Assembly: GCF_000023965.1 (NCBI RefSeq)
Contig: NC_013202.1
Span: 810,001-842,000, forward strand
DNA: 32,000 bases
Reading direction: 5' to 3'
Origin: Halomicrobium mukohataei DSM 12286
GTDB lineage: Archaea > Halobacteriota > Halobacteria > Halobacteriales > Haloarculaceae
Positions 16,174 to 24,947 of this stretch are shown here, piece by piece. A program made the translations under genes and the position numbers. The stretch's first letter is position 1, and each line of letters opens with the position of its first letter. The notes beneath the pieces are model-generated. The model did no database searches and had not been told where the DNA came from. It worked only from the letters and a program-made list of their open reading frames with translations.

Positions 16174-17358
16174 TCACGCCAGCCCCGACAGCTCGTCGAG
16201 CGCGTCACGGAGCGCGTCGCGTTCGGCCCGCAGGTCGGCGAGTTCGTCCGCGACCGCGCCCGTCCAGAGCCGTTCTCGCTCCGCGTCAGTCAGACGCTCG
16301 CGGGCGACCGCGCTGTCTCGCAGCCGATCGTACTCCGACCGGCGAGTGAGCGCCCGGACGGCCCGCAAGTCGTTCACCACGTCCGGGGCGAACCGGGCGA
16401 CGACCGAGATCCGTTCGTTGCACTGCCAGCGCAGCGTGTCCGCCGCAGGCGGGGGCCAGCCGACGGTCAGGGGATCTGCGTCGAGCCGTTCGAGGTAGGT
16501 CTGGCTGGTCGCGACGGATCGCTTGAGGGCGTCGGCGTCCTCGACGTAGTGGTCCAGCTTCGACCGCGAGTACTCCGCGTACGCGAGCAGCTGCGGGATC
16601 GGCTCGGTGCCCGCCTCGTGGCCCCGGACGTACGCCAGCAGGTCCTCGGGCGGTTCGCGAAACGGGACCAGCGGGTACAGCGCCGTCGTCTCGACGAAGT
16701 CGAGTACCTCGCGGGCCGACGCGTTCGATCGGAAGGCGTCGAACGCGTCGGCGACGGCATCGTCGTAGCGCTCGATGGGGTCGCGGAGCCGCTCCGTCGG
16801 CGCGTCGAGGTCGGCCTCGCCCAGTTCGAGCAGGCGCTCGCGGTCGTCGATCCGGTCCGCGACGGTGTCGAGGCGACGCCGTGCGGCGCGTCTGGCCTCC
16901 CCGTAGCGCTCGCGGGCGTCCTCCCACTCGACGAGGGGGTCGGCCGTCTCCTCGGCGGCGTCGATGCGCTCGCGGACGGCCGCGAAGTCGTCCTCGGTGA
17001 GCCGGCGCTGCTGGAGGCGCTCGTCGATCTCCTCGAAGACGGTCCGCTCGGGCAGTTCCTCGTCGAGGTCGTTCGTGAAGTGGGCGATTCGGTCCTGGAA
17101 CTCGATGAAGGCCGCGAAGTCGCCGTCGCCGGTCGCCCGGCCCTCGTACTCCGTCAGCAGCGCGCGAAGCTCCTCGCAGGCCGTCCGGAGGGCCCGCAAC
17201 GAATCCTCGCCGGCCGGCGCGCGGCTCTCTTCGTTCACCGCGCGCTCTTCCGTCGCCCCCTCACTTCGTTCGGCGCCGACGCTCTCGACGCGCTCGCGGG
17301 CCGCCCGCCGGTCGGCGTCGGCTTGCCGGAGTCGCGTGACCGCGTCAGCGTCGGCCAT
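16174..17358 (-). CDS. Hypothetical acidic, Arg/Glu/Asp-rich helical (coiled-coil-like) protein
   Basis: ATG at 17358 immediately follows the hisI stop codon (minus strand reads ...GAG TAG ATG GCC...). 394 aa. No family was recognised with confidence. Confidence 0.65.
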   Translation of the reverse strand: MADADAVTRLRQADADRRAARERVESVGAERSEGATEERAVNEESRAPAGEDSLRALRTACEELRALLTEYEGRATGDGDFAAFIEFQDRIAHFTNDLDEELPERTVFEEIDERLQQRRLTEDDFAAVRERIDAAEETADPLVEWEDARERYGEARRAARRRLDTVADRIDDRERLLELGEADLDAPTERLRDPIERYDDAVADAFDAFRSNASAREVLDFVETTALYPLVPFREPPEDLLAYVRGHEAGTEPIPQLLAYAEYSRSKLDHYVEDADALKRSVATSQTYLERLDADPLTVGWPPPAADTLRWQCNERISVVARFAPDVVNDLRAVRALTRRSEYDRLRDSAVARERLTDAERERLWTGAVADELADLRAERDALRDALDELSGLA

Positions 17359-17724
17359 CTACTCGTAGACGTCGTCGGGATCGAACACCTGCTCGCCGAC
17401 GACCTCGCCGTCGACCGTGCGGTGGAAACAGGAGCGGTAGCCGGTGTGACAGGCACCGCCCTCCTGGTCGATCAGATAGAGGATCGCGTCCCCGTCACAG
17501 TCCATCCGGATCTCCTCGATTTCCTGCGTGTGGCCGCTGGTCCCGCCTTTCTTCCAGAGCTCGTCGCGGCTGCGCGAGTAGTAGTGGGCGTAGCCCGTCT
17601 CGCGAGAGCGTTCCAGAGCCGCCTCGGAGACGTACGCGAGCATCACGACCTCGCCGGTGTCGGCGTCCTGTGCGACCGCCGGCAGGAGGTCCTGTTCGTC
17701 GAAGGCGAGTTCGCCGTCGCTCAT
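17359..17724 (-). CDS. hisI: Phosphoribosyl-AMP cyclohydrolase
   Basis: The motifs [25 protein letters not shown] ... [20 protein letters not shown] ... DCDGDAILY ... [11 protein letters not shown] are diagnostic. I prefer the ATG at 17724 (MSDGELAF...). An upstream ATG at 17751 would add 9 basic residues. Confidence 0.85.
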   Translation of the reverse strand: MSDGELAFDEQDLLPAVAQDADTGEVVMLAYVSEAALERSRETGYAHYYSRSRDELWKKGGTSGHTQEIEEIRMDCDGDAILYLIDQEGGACHTGYRSCFHRTVDGEVVGEQVFDPDDVYE

Positions 17725-17761
17725 GAGCGGGCGAAGGCGTGTCCGCCGCATAGGTCTTCTG

Positions 17762-18787
17762 CTAGCCGAGCCCCAGCGTCCTGAGCAGCGACACCAGCAC
17801 GTCGCCGTAGGTAATCGAGAGGACGAGTCCGGCGAACGTCGGCACGAGGAACGGGATTCCCGGCGAGATCCACACCTCGTCCTCGGCGGCGATCACGTCG
17901 AGACCGTCGCACAGCCCCTCGGGCGTGGTGCCGTACGCTCCGTCGATGTCGTCGAGGAACGCCTCCGCCCCCCAGGGGTCGTCGTAGTCGGCGGGCGATG
18001 GCGCGGGTGTCGTGCCGCCGTCGGTCCGAATGTTCCCGTCTCCGACCTCGCCGGGGACCGCCGGCAGGCTGTCGGGGTCCCGGTGGGCCGCCGGATCGGC
18101 GCGCAGCTCGGCCAGCGTACAGTCCCGCCAGCGCAGGTACATCCGGAGGGCGTCGAGGTCGAGCCCGCGGCGAGTGAACCCGTCGGGCGTCTCCAGCAAG
18201 AGCCCGTACTCCTCGGTCAGCTCCGGCGTCGCGACGGGCTTGCCGATCACCATCGGGAGCCCGACGCGACCGCGAGCGAGGTTCGAGGCGGCGACGCCGA
18301 CCGGATACAGCGCCCCCGCGACGACCGTGTTCGAGAGGATCGTCAGCGAGAACACGCCGATCGCGGGCTGGAAGGTCGGAACCGTCGTCGTCGGCAGGTA
18401 GTAGATCGGGTACGCGGGAAAGAGCAGCGCCAGCACGTAGAACGCCTTCGTGTCGGCTCCGCCGAAGCTACCCATGTACCAGAACGCCGTCACCAGCGGG
18501 ACGATGAACCCGAGGCTGATCGCCGCCTGGACGAAGAACAGTCGGTCGCCGCCGACGTAGGCACCGTACCCGTCCCAGGCGAGCAACGCGATCGCCAGCG
18601 CCGCCAGCGGGAGCCAGGCTCTGGTCGGGACCCGCCGGGTCTTGACGTCGCGATAGGCCGCCCACCCGAAGACGGGGATCGCGACGAGTCGGAGGAGATC
18701 CGAGGCCGGTGCCGCCACCCCGATTCCGGGGACGGTAACGAGACTGTCGAACGTCGAGGATAACACGAGCGGTGGATATCGGCCCAC
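17762..18787 (-). CDS. A24-family aspartic peptidase (archaeal prepilin/preflagellin peptidase, PibD/FlaK-like)
   Basis: Polytopic membrane protein. The first catalytic Asp sits in [12 protein letters not shown] and the second in [10 protein letters not shown]. The track start is a GTG at 18787. An internal GTG at 18718 (giving [14 protein letters not shown]...) is an equally plausible start. Confidence 0.72.
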   Translation of the reverse strand: MGRYPPLVLSSTFDSLVTVPGIGVAAPASDLLRLVAIPVFGWAAYRDVKTRRVPTRAWLPLAALAIALLAWDGYGAYVGGDRLFFVQAAISLGFIVPLVTAFWYMGSFGGADTKAFYVLALLFPAYPIYYLPTTTVPTFQPAIGVFSLTILSNTVVAGALYPVGVAASNLARGRVGLPMVIGKPVATPELTEEYGLLLETPDGFTRRGLDLDALRMYLRWRDCTLAELRADPAAHRDPDSLPAVPGEVGDGNIRTDGGTTPAPSPADYDDPWGAEAFLDDIDGAYGTTPEGLCDGLDVIAAEDEVWISPGIPFLVPTFAGLVLSITYGDVLVSLLRTLGLG

Positions 18788-18858
18788 GAAGATATCACTT
18801 GCGGGGAGAAAGCGGGGCCGTTACCCCCAGGCCATCCGTGGCCGAGAACAGCAGGTCC

Positions 18859-19248
18859 TCAGATGACGCGGTTCTGCAGGTAGTCGAGGTGCTTCGCGTT
18901 GTACACGATCTTGACCTCGTCGGCGTCGGGGCTGCCGATGCAGGTCAGACGGACGTTCTTCTCTTCGACTTCCTCGTCGGAGAGGATCTGCTGCATGTCC
19001 ATGTCGATCTCGCCTTCGACGACGATAGCTGCGCAGTTGGCACAGGCACCGGCGCGACACGAGAAGGGCCAGTCGTAGCCCTGGGCTTCGGCGGCTTCGA
19101 GGATGTACTCGCCCTCGTTGACTTCGAGCGTGCCGTAGTCCTCGTCCGAGAGGTCGGCGTCGGCGGCGTCTTCGAAGACGCCGTCGTCGTACATGTCCCA
19201 GCCTTTGTCGTCCACTACTTCGTAGTTGAGGTACTCAACTGTGGGCAT
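18859..19248 (-). CDS. fdx: Halophilic plant-type [2Fe-2S] ferredoxin
   Basis: The start is ATG at 19248, because the first codon of the track ORF at 19251 is GTG. Cluster ligands are in [12 protein letters not shown]...LTC. The acidic N-terminal extension is typical of haloarchaeal ferredoxin. Confidence 0.9.
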   Translation of the reverse strand: MPTVEYLNYEVVDDKGWDMYDDGVFEDAADADLSDEDYGTLEVNEGEYILEAAEAQGYDWPFSCRAGACANCAAIVVEGEIDMDMQQILSDEEVEEKNVRLTCIGSPDADEVKIVYNAKHLDYLQNRVI

Positions 19249-19316
19249 CACCTGTTCGGTTGGCCCCCCGCACTGTTAGACTTTGCTGTTCCGCCCGAGC
19301 GGCCGCCGGAATTCGG

Positions 19317-20513
19317 TCAAAAAATCGGGACGAACTTGAACACCAGATAGGCGGCGAGCGTCGCGACCGCGGGAACGAAGTTTTGTGTGAGGATCACTCT
19401 CGCGGTCGTCTCCGGCTCGAACAGGTCGGCCGCCTTCGGAATGTCCTCGGGCTCGCCGATCGGCTGTTTGTGCTTTTCGCTCGGCGTGCCGGCCTGACCG
19501 CCGACGGTCGGCGCGTCGGGCGCGTCGGCGGTGAGTGCGCCGACCGACACCTCCGGAGTCTCGCCTTTGACCGTGTCCGAGATCGTCGTCGTCCGGGTGG
19601 CGCGGCCCCAGCCGAGCCCGACGATGCTCATCGTGGCGATGATGACGAAACTCGCCGGCACCCCCAGCGCCGAGAGGAAGGTGACGATGGTGGAGCTGAC
19701 GGCCGCGACCAGCAGCGCCGCCAGCAGCGGGAGATCGGTGAGATCGTTCCCGACGGTGTCCATCGTCCGCCGGGCGATCGTGAACGCGCCAAGACCGATC
19801 GCGCCGCCGCCCAGCAGGATGGCCGGCGTCATCTCCAGGGAGTTGTTTCCGACCAGCGGTGCGACCGCGTTGGCGATGTTCGAGGCACCCGCGGCGAAGG
19901 CCATGTAACAGCCGATCCCGACGACCAGGAGCGTCCCGATCAGTTCCCGGCGCGTGGTGTTCTCGCCCAGCACCGGCCGCGGGACCGACCCCGACCGATC
20001 GAGGGCGAGCAGCGAGCCGTCGGTCTGTGGGATCGCGAAGCGCTCGACCAGCGCCGGGTAGAAATACCGGCCGATGACGCCGCTGACCCAGAACGCGATC
20101 ACCGGCGAGACCAGCCACCAGGAGACGATCTCTCCCATCGCCTCCCAGTTGAGCGTCCCCTGGGCGATCCCCAGCCCCGCCATCGCGCCGACGGCCGTCA
20201 TCGACGTGGAGGCGGGGACGCCGACGACGTTCGAGAGGAAGAGCGCGAACCCGATGAAAAAGAGCACGACGATGCTGACGAGCATCGTGAACTCCGAGGA
20301 GACGATCCCGCTGCCCAGCGTCTTGACGACCTCCCGGCCGACGAAGTGGCCGCCTGCGAGGGCGAAAATCGTCATCAGAGCGGCGGCCCCGAACTTCGAG
20401 AGCGTCCCAGCACCGACCGCTGGGCCGAAGGCGACGCCCGTCGAGGACCCTCCGATGTTGAACCCGACGAAGATCGCAACGAGAATACCGACCAGAAACA
20501 GTACTTCGACCAT
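19317..20513 (-). CDS. Inorganic phosphate transporter, PiT family
   Basis: ATG at 20513 gives MVEVLFLVGILVAIFVGFNIGGSSTG, which contains the PiT signature GxNxGGxST. It is polytopic, with a hydrophilic central loop. Confidence 0.85.
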   Translation of the reverse strand: MVEVLFLVGILVAIFVGFNIGGSSTGVAFGPAVGAGTLSKFGAAALMTIFALAGGHFVGREVVKTLGSGIVSSEFTMLVSIVVLFFIGFALFLSNVVGVPASTSMTAVGAMAGLGIAQGTLNWEAMGEIVSWWLVSPVIAFWVSGVIGRYFYPALVERFAIPQTDGSLLALDRSGSVPRPVLGENTTRRELIGTLLVVGIGCYMAFAAGASNIANAVAPLVGNNSLEMTPAILLGGGAIGLGAFTIARRTMDTVGNDLTDLPLLAALLVAAVSSTIVTFLSALGVPASFVIIATMSIVGLGWGRATRTTTISDTVKGETPEVSVGALTADAPDAPTVGGQAGTPSEKHKQPIGEPEDIPKAADLFEPETTARVILTQNFVPAVATLAAYLVFKFVPIF

Positions 20514-20591
20514 ATCCGTGGCACGTCCCAGAGCCGTTAAAGGGTACCGACACCCGCTTTTGCGGGTGTTCAGCACTCACGTGTCACACGC

Positions 20592-21281
20592 TCACATATC
20601 GCTGTCGTCCCCGTCGTCGCCCTCCGTCCGCTCTTTTTCCGGCAGGACCTCGCGTTCGCGCTCGACGGTCTCTTTGACATCGTCTGCGACCTCCTTTGCC
20701 GTCCCGGTCTTCTCGCGGGCCTCGTCGGCCTTCTCGGTGGCTTCGTCGGCTTTCGCCGTGGCCTCGTCGACGCGTTCGGTCGCTTCACCGACCCGCTCGG
20801 CGGCGTCGTCGGCGGTGTCCGGGTCCGCGTCGGCGACCTTGTCGGTGACCTCGTCGACCTGTTCCGTGGCCTCGTCGACCTCCTTGGCCGCGGTCTCGAC
20901 GTCGGTGGCGGCGTCCTCGACGGTGGCGGCCGTCTCGTCGAGTTCGTCGGCGACGGTCTCGACTTCCTCGGCGGCCTGTTCGAGTTGCTCTGCGGTCTCG
21001 GCGACCGTCTCGGTGCCGTACTCGTAGGCCCGCGCGATGACGACGAACTGGACGATACCCATCAGGACGAACAGCGTGACCGCGATCCCGACGGCGATCT
21101 CGAACGTCGAGACGACGGCGGCACCGAGGTCGACGACCCCGAAGACGAGCAGGGCATAGGCCCCGGCCAGTCCGGCGGTCGCGACGCCGGTCGCACGGGC
21201 AAACTGTCGGTACGCCGACGACTCGTCGAGGACGGCTGCCTGAAACCGAGCGAGCAGCCCGGGACCGGAAGATCGTGACAT
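20592..21281 (-). CDS. Membrane-anchored protein with a long acidic, repetitive helical C-terminal tail
   Basis: ATG start, 229 aa. Two hydrophobic segments are followed by about 130 aa of degenerate repeats such as VDEATEQVDEVTDKV, ERVGEATERVDEATAKADEATEKADEAREK. Confidence 0.65.
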   Translation of the reverse strand: MSRSSGPGLLARFQAAVLDESSAYRQFARATGVATAGLAGAYALLVFGVVDLGAAVVSTFEIAVGIAVTLFVLMGIVQFVVIARAYEYGTETVAETAEQLEQAAEEVETVADELDETAATVEDAATDVETAAKEVDEATEQVDEVTDKVADADPDTADDAAERVGEATERVDEATAKADEATEKADEAREKTGTAKEVADDVKETVEREREVLPEKERTEGDDGDDSDM

Positions 21282-21374
21282 GCCTCCCTATCGAGTGGAC
21301 GTGCGCATAAGGGTTCGGAACGCGACGGCCGGGACACCGATACCCTTTCACGGATCGCCGGCACACTGACGGGT

Positions 21375-22097
21375 ATGTTTCCGGAGTTTGCGGTGATCCC
21401 GGCGGTGGACATGCAGGACGGGCAGGTGGTCCAGCTGGTCGGTGGGGAACGCGGGACCGGCAAGCGCTACGGCGAGCCTGTCGCGGCCGCCCGACGGTGG
21501 ATAGAGGCCGGTGCGACGACGCTGCACCTGGTCGACCTCGACGGTGCCTTCGAGGGTGAGCGAGCGAACGCCGACGCGATCGACGCCGTCCTCGACGCCG
21601 TCGACGCGGACGTGCAGTTGGGCGGGGGCATTCGGACGGCCGAGGACGCGATCGACCTGCTCGACCGGGGCGTCGACCGGGTCATTCTCGGCACCGCGGC
21701 CGTCGAGAACCCCGACATCGTCGCCGAGATCAGCGAGGAACATCCCGAGAGCGTCCTCGTGAGCCTCGACGCCAAGGACGGCGAAGTGGTCGTCTCGGGG
21801 TGGACCGAGGGGACCGGGCTGGACCCGGCCGAGGCCGCGAGCCGCTACGCGGAGCTCGGTGCCGGCGGGATTCTCTTCACCGACGTGGACGTCGAGGGGC
21901 AACTGGAGGGGGTCCGCACGGAGCCGGTCCGGCGCGTCGTCGACGCCGTCGAGATCCCCGTGATCGCCAGCGGCGGCGTCGCGACCGTCGAGGACGTGCG
22001 AGCGCTCCGGGACGCGGGTGCGGCCGCCGTCGTCGTCGGCAGCGCGCTCTACGAGGGCGCGTTCACGCTCGAAGAAGCGATGGCGGCGGTCGAGTGA
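21375..22097 (+). CDS. hisA: ProFAR isomerase (1-(5-phosphoribosyl)-5-[(5-phosphoribosylamino)methylideneamino]imidazole-4-carboxamide isomerase)
   Basis: ATG start, 240 aa. Motifs are VIPAVDMQDGQVVQLVGG, LHLVDLDGA and VIASGGV. Confidence 0.9.
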   Translation: MFPEFAVIPAVDMQDGQVVQLVGGERGTGKRYGEPVAAARRWIEAGATTLHLVDLDGAFEGERANADAIDAVLDAVDADVQLGGGIRTAEDAIDLLDRGVDRVILGTAAVENPDIVAEISEEHPESVLVSLDAKDGEVVVSGWTEGTGLDPAEAASRYAELGAGGILFTDVDVEGQLEGVRTEPVRRVVDAVEIPVIASGGVATVEDVRALRDAGAAAVVVGSALYEGAFTLEEAMAAVE

Positions 22098-22121
22098 CGA
22101 TCGCCCGTACCGCCGGCAGTG

Positions 22122-23195
22122 TCAGGCGTCCCTGATCGTCACTTCGCGGGCGGCGTACTCCTCGTAGTACGGTCCCAGACCGCAGGCCTGGCCGCCGACG
22201 CTGACCAGTCCGTCGTCGGTCTCGACGACCAGCGAGTTCTCGATGGGGAAGGCGTTGTTCACCGGTTCGACGAGGTTCTGGCGCACCTCGCGGATCGGGA
22301 CGCCCTCGAACTGGCGGGCCGTCTCGTCGGTGGTGGCGACCACGTCGAGGTCGGCGACGACGTCGTGGCCCGCCGTCGTGTGGAGGGCCGCGGTCGTCAC
22401 GCCCGAGCGAAACAGCTCGAAGGTCGCCGGCAGCGTCGGTGGTTCGGCGACGAAGCGCTGTTCGCCCATGGGCCAGACGTTGCTGACGTAGTTGCCGAAA
22501 AAGCCAGAGGCGACCTCGTTCTGGTTGAACGCGAGCGCGTAGCCCCGGCCGTGGCGACTGGTGAGCATCCCGTGCGAAGCCAGCACGCCCCCCAGCGCGT
22601 CCCGAACGACGAACAGCGGCGGGCGGCCGTCCCAGCTCCGGACGACGTGTGCGTACCGACCGGGGTCGTCCATCTCGGCGACGTGCGACTCCGCGGACTC
22701 GCCGGCCAGCAGACAGTAGACGGTCAGTCCCCGCTCCCGGGCGTCGGCGAGCGCGTCGGCGACGGTGGGAAAGGCGTTCGACGGGACGATCGCGAAGACC
22801 TCTCGCTCCGCACGCGCCAGTTGGCGTTCGAGGCGGCGCTCGACGGTCTGGCTGGCGTGGACGACCTCGAACCCCGCGGCCGTCTCGGCCGGCTGATCGT
22901 ACACGCTCTCGACGGCGGTCTCGAACTCCGAGAGGTGCATCGTCAGCGCGTCGACGGCCTCCTGGGGTGGTCGGGCGCGGAGCTTCGTCGGCGTCGCGCT
23001 CTCGTCGACGATGACCAGTCCGCGTTCGGCCAGTGCGGTCGCGATCTCGTAGACGTAACTCTGTGAGACGCCCGCGGCCTCCGAGACGGCCCGGGTCGTC
23101 GCTTCCCCCCGCTGTAGAATTACCAGGTAGGCGTCGACCTCCTTCGTCGAGAGTCCGAAGGCCGACAGCGTCTCCCTGATCTGGCTTTCACCCAT
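22122..23195 (-). CDS. TrmB-family transcriptional regulator
   Basis: ATG start, 357 aa. The N-terminal winged helix LSAFGLSTKEVDAYLVILQRGEATTRAVSEAAGVSQSYVYEIATALAERGLV is typical of TrmB, and there is a large C-terminal effector domain. Confidence 0.85.
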   Translation of the reverse strand: MGESQIRETLSAFGLSTKEVDAYLVILQRGEATTRAVSEAAGVSQSYVYEIATALAERGLVIVDESATPTKLRARPPQEAVDALTMHLSEFETAVESVYDQPAETAAGFEVVHASQTVERRLERQLARAEREVFAIVPSNAFPTVADALADARERGLTVYCLLAGESAESHVAEMDDPGRYAHVVRSWDGRPPLFVVRDALGGVLASHGMLTSRHGRGYALAFNQNEVASGFFGNYVSNVWPMGEQRFVAEPPTLPATFELFRSGVTTAALHTTAGHDVVADLDVVATTDETARQFEGVPIREVRQNLVEPVNNAFPIENSLVVETDDGLVSVGGQACGLGPYYEEYAAREVTIRDA

Positions 23196-23317
23196 GCGAG
23201 GACTTTTCTTATACTATTAGAAAAACTTTTCTCGTCGGATCACCACGCTTCGGCTATGACCGCAGGTGTCGCACGCACTGGCGCTCTGGCCCCGGACCAC
23301 CGGACGGCAGGTGAAGC
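23196..23317. promoter_or_regulatory. Divergent TrmB/MFS control region with an AT-rich core and a direct repeat
   Basis: The AT-rich stretch at 23201-23232 (gacttttcttatactattagaaaaacttttct) contains acttttct at 23202-23209 and again at 23225-23232. TATA-like tatacta lies between the two copies. Confidence 0.35.
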
Positions 23318-24529
23318 GTGACCGGGTCGAACCGCCGGCTCTGGACGGCGGCCCTGTTCGCGACGATGGCGCTGACCGGCGCGATCTTGATGATCCGTGG
23401 GCCGGTGATCCCGGAGTTGCGAACCGCCTTCGACGCGCCCGCGTGGCAGGTCGGTCTGATCAGTACCGCCGGCACCGCCGGCTACCTGGTCGTCGTCTCG
23501 ATCGTCGGCTTCGGGGCCGGCCACCTGAAGCCCCACCGGTTGATCGTGGGCGGGCTGCTGGGCAGCGCGCTCTCGCTACTGGCGATGGGTGCGGCCCCGC
23601 TGCTGGCGGTGTTTCTCGTCGGCACGCTCGTGCGCGGAACGATGAACGGTGTGCTCAGAGGACTGAATCGGCCGATACTCAGCCACTTCTACCCGGAGAG
23701 CCGCGGCCGGATGTACAGCTACTACGACATGACCTGGGCCGCCGGTGCGATGGTCGGACCGATCGGCGTCGTCGCCGTCCTCGCAGTGGCCGACTGGCGG
23801 CTGGCCTACTACGGGCTGGCCGTCGGGATGGCACTGCTCGCCGTCGTCGTCTGGCGGCTCGACGCTCCCGCGGTGACGGGAACCGAGGAGCCGTTCGACC
23901 GTCGGGAACTGCTGGCGCTGCTTCGCAGGCCCGAGATCGCCGCGATGATCGTGGTGATGTTTCTGGGGACCGGCGTCGAGGGCGGACTCTTCCTCTGGTT
24001 GCCGACCTACGTGGACAGCGTCGTGCCGACCGGCGTCGCCGGCCTCGGCCTCTCGGCGGCGGCGCTGTCGTCGCTGTCGCTGTCGGTGATGATCGCCGGC
24101 TACGTCCCCGGTCGCCTCCTCTATGGCCGCCTCTCGGAGCGAGTGGGCTACCTCAAGATCCTCATCGGGATCCTCGCGCTCCTGGTCCCGACGTTCTACG
24201 CGACGTTCGTCCTCGCGACGGGACTGTGGCTCCTCCCCGGCGTCGTCGTCATCGGCGCGCTCATCTCCGGCATCTTCCCGATGCTCGTCTCCTACGCCAC
24301 CGACGCCGTCCCCCGCCACAGCGGCCCCGTGACCGCCGTCGCCGCCATCTCCTCGTCGCTGGGCGTCGGCATCGCGCCCGCCGTGATGGGGTGGGTCATC
24401 AGCGGCTCGGACCCCGGCGCGGCAATGCGACTCCTGCTCGTGCCCCTCGTGGCCGCCCTCGCCGTGGTACTCCTCGCGCGAGTGGCCGAGCAACGGCGCG
24501 AACGGGCGGGCCTCTCCGTGGCCGACTGA
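23318..24529 (+). CDS. MFS transporter
   Basis: 403 aa with about 12 hydrophobic segments. The GTG start at 23318 is needed to include the first TM segment (LWTAALFATMALTGAILMI). It is divergent from the TrmB regulator. Confidence 0.8.
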   Translation: MTGSNRRLWTAALFATMALTGAILMIRGPVIPELRTAFDAPAWQVGLISTAGTAGYLVVVSIVGFGAGHLKPHRLIVGGLLGSALSLLAMGAAPLLAVFLVGTLVRGTMNGVLRGLNRPILSHFYPESRGRMYSYYDMTWAAGAMVGPIGVVAVLAVADWRLAYYGLAVGMALLAVVVWRLDAPAVTGTEEPFDRRELLALLRRPEIAAMIVVMFLGTGVEGGLFLWLPTYVDSVVPTGVAGLGLSAAALSSLSLSVMIAGYVPGRLLYGRLSERVGYLKILIGILALLVPTFYATFVLATGLWLLPGVVVIGALISGIFPMLVSYATDAVPRHSGPVTAVAAISSSLGVGIAPAVMGWVISGSDPGAAMRLLLVPLVAALAVVLLARVAEQRRERAGLSVAD

Positions 24530-24649
24530 TACCGTCGGCTGTCACCGTTGCAAGACCTCCGTGACCACGGTGTCGCGACATGCCGTACGGAGTTCCAGCC
24601 GGCAGTATGAACGTTGCCGCTGGGGCTGCCGGGCGCGGACGACGCCGTC

Positions 24650-24826
24650 CTACCGCGAGGACCGCGCCGCCGGCCCCTCGGACTGGACGAACTTCGGGAG
24701 GATCAGCGCGTAGGCCCCGCCTGCGACCAGCAGCGCGCCGACGATGTCCGTCGCCATCGTGTGAAAGAGGAGCGCGCCCGCCAGCATGACCGCCGACGCG
24801 CCAGCCTGTACTTTCGCGTCGTCCAT
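24650..24826 (-). CDS. Possible 58-aa two-TM membrane protein, below the ORF-track length cutoff
   Basis: My own translation from the ATG at 24826 is MDDAKVQAGASAVMLAGALLFHTMATDIVGALLVAGGAYALILPKFVQSEGPAARSSR, ending at TAG (24650-24652). Third codon positions are GC-rich. Confidence 0.4.
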   Translation of the reverse strand: MDDAKVQAGASAVMLAGALLFHTMATDIVGALLVAGGAYALILPKFVQSEGPAARSSR

Positions 24827-24947
24827 ACGTCACACTCGTCGAAGATCCCCATAAGCACCCGGCAGACAGCCGTCTGACGCCGTTCCGTGGGTGTGGTCAG
24901 TCATCGACGGGCGGTGTTCAGATAGGCAGGGACTGCTAGAGCGGATA

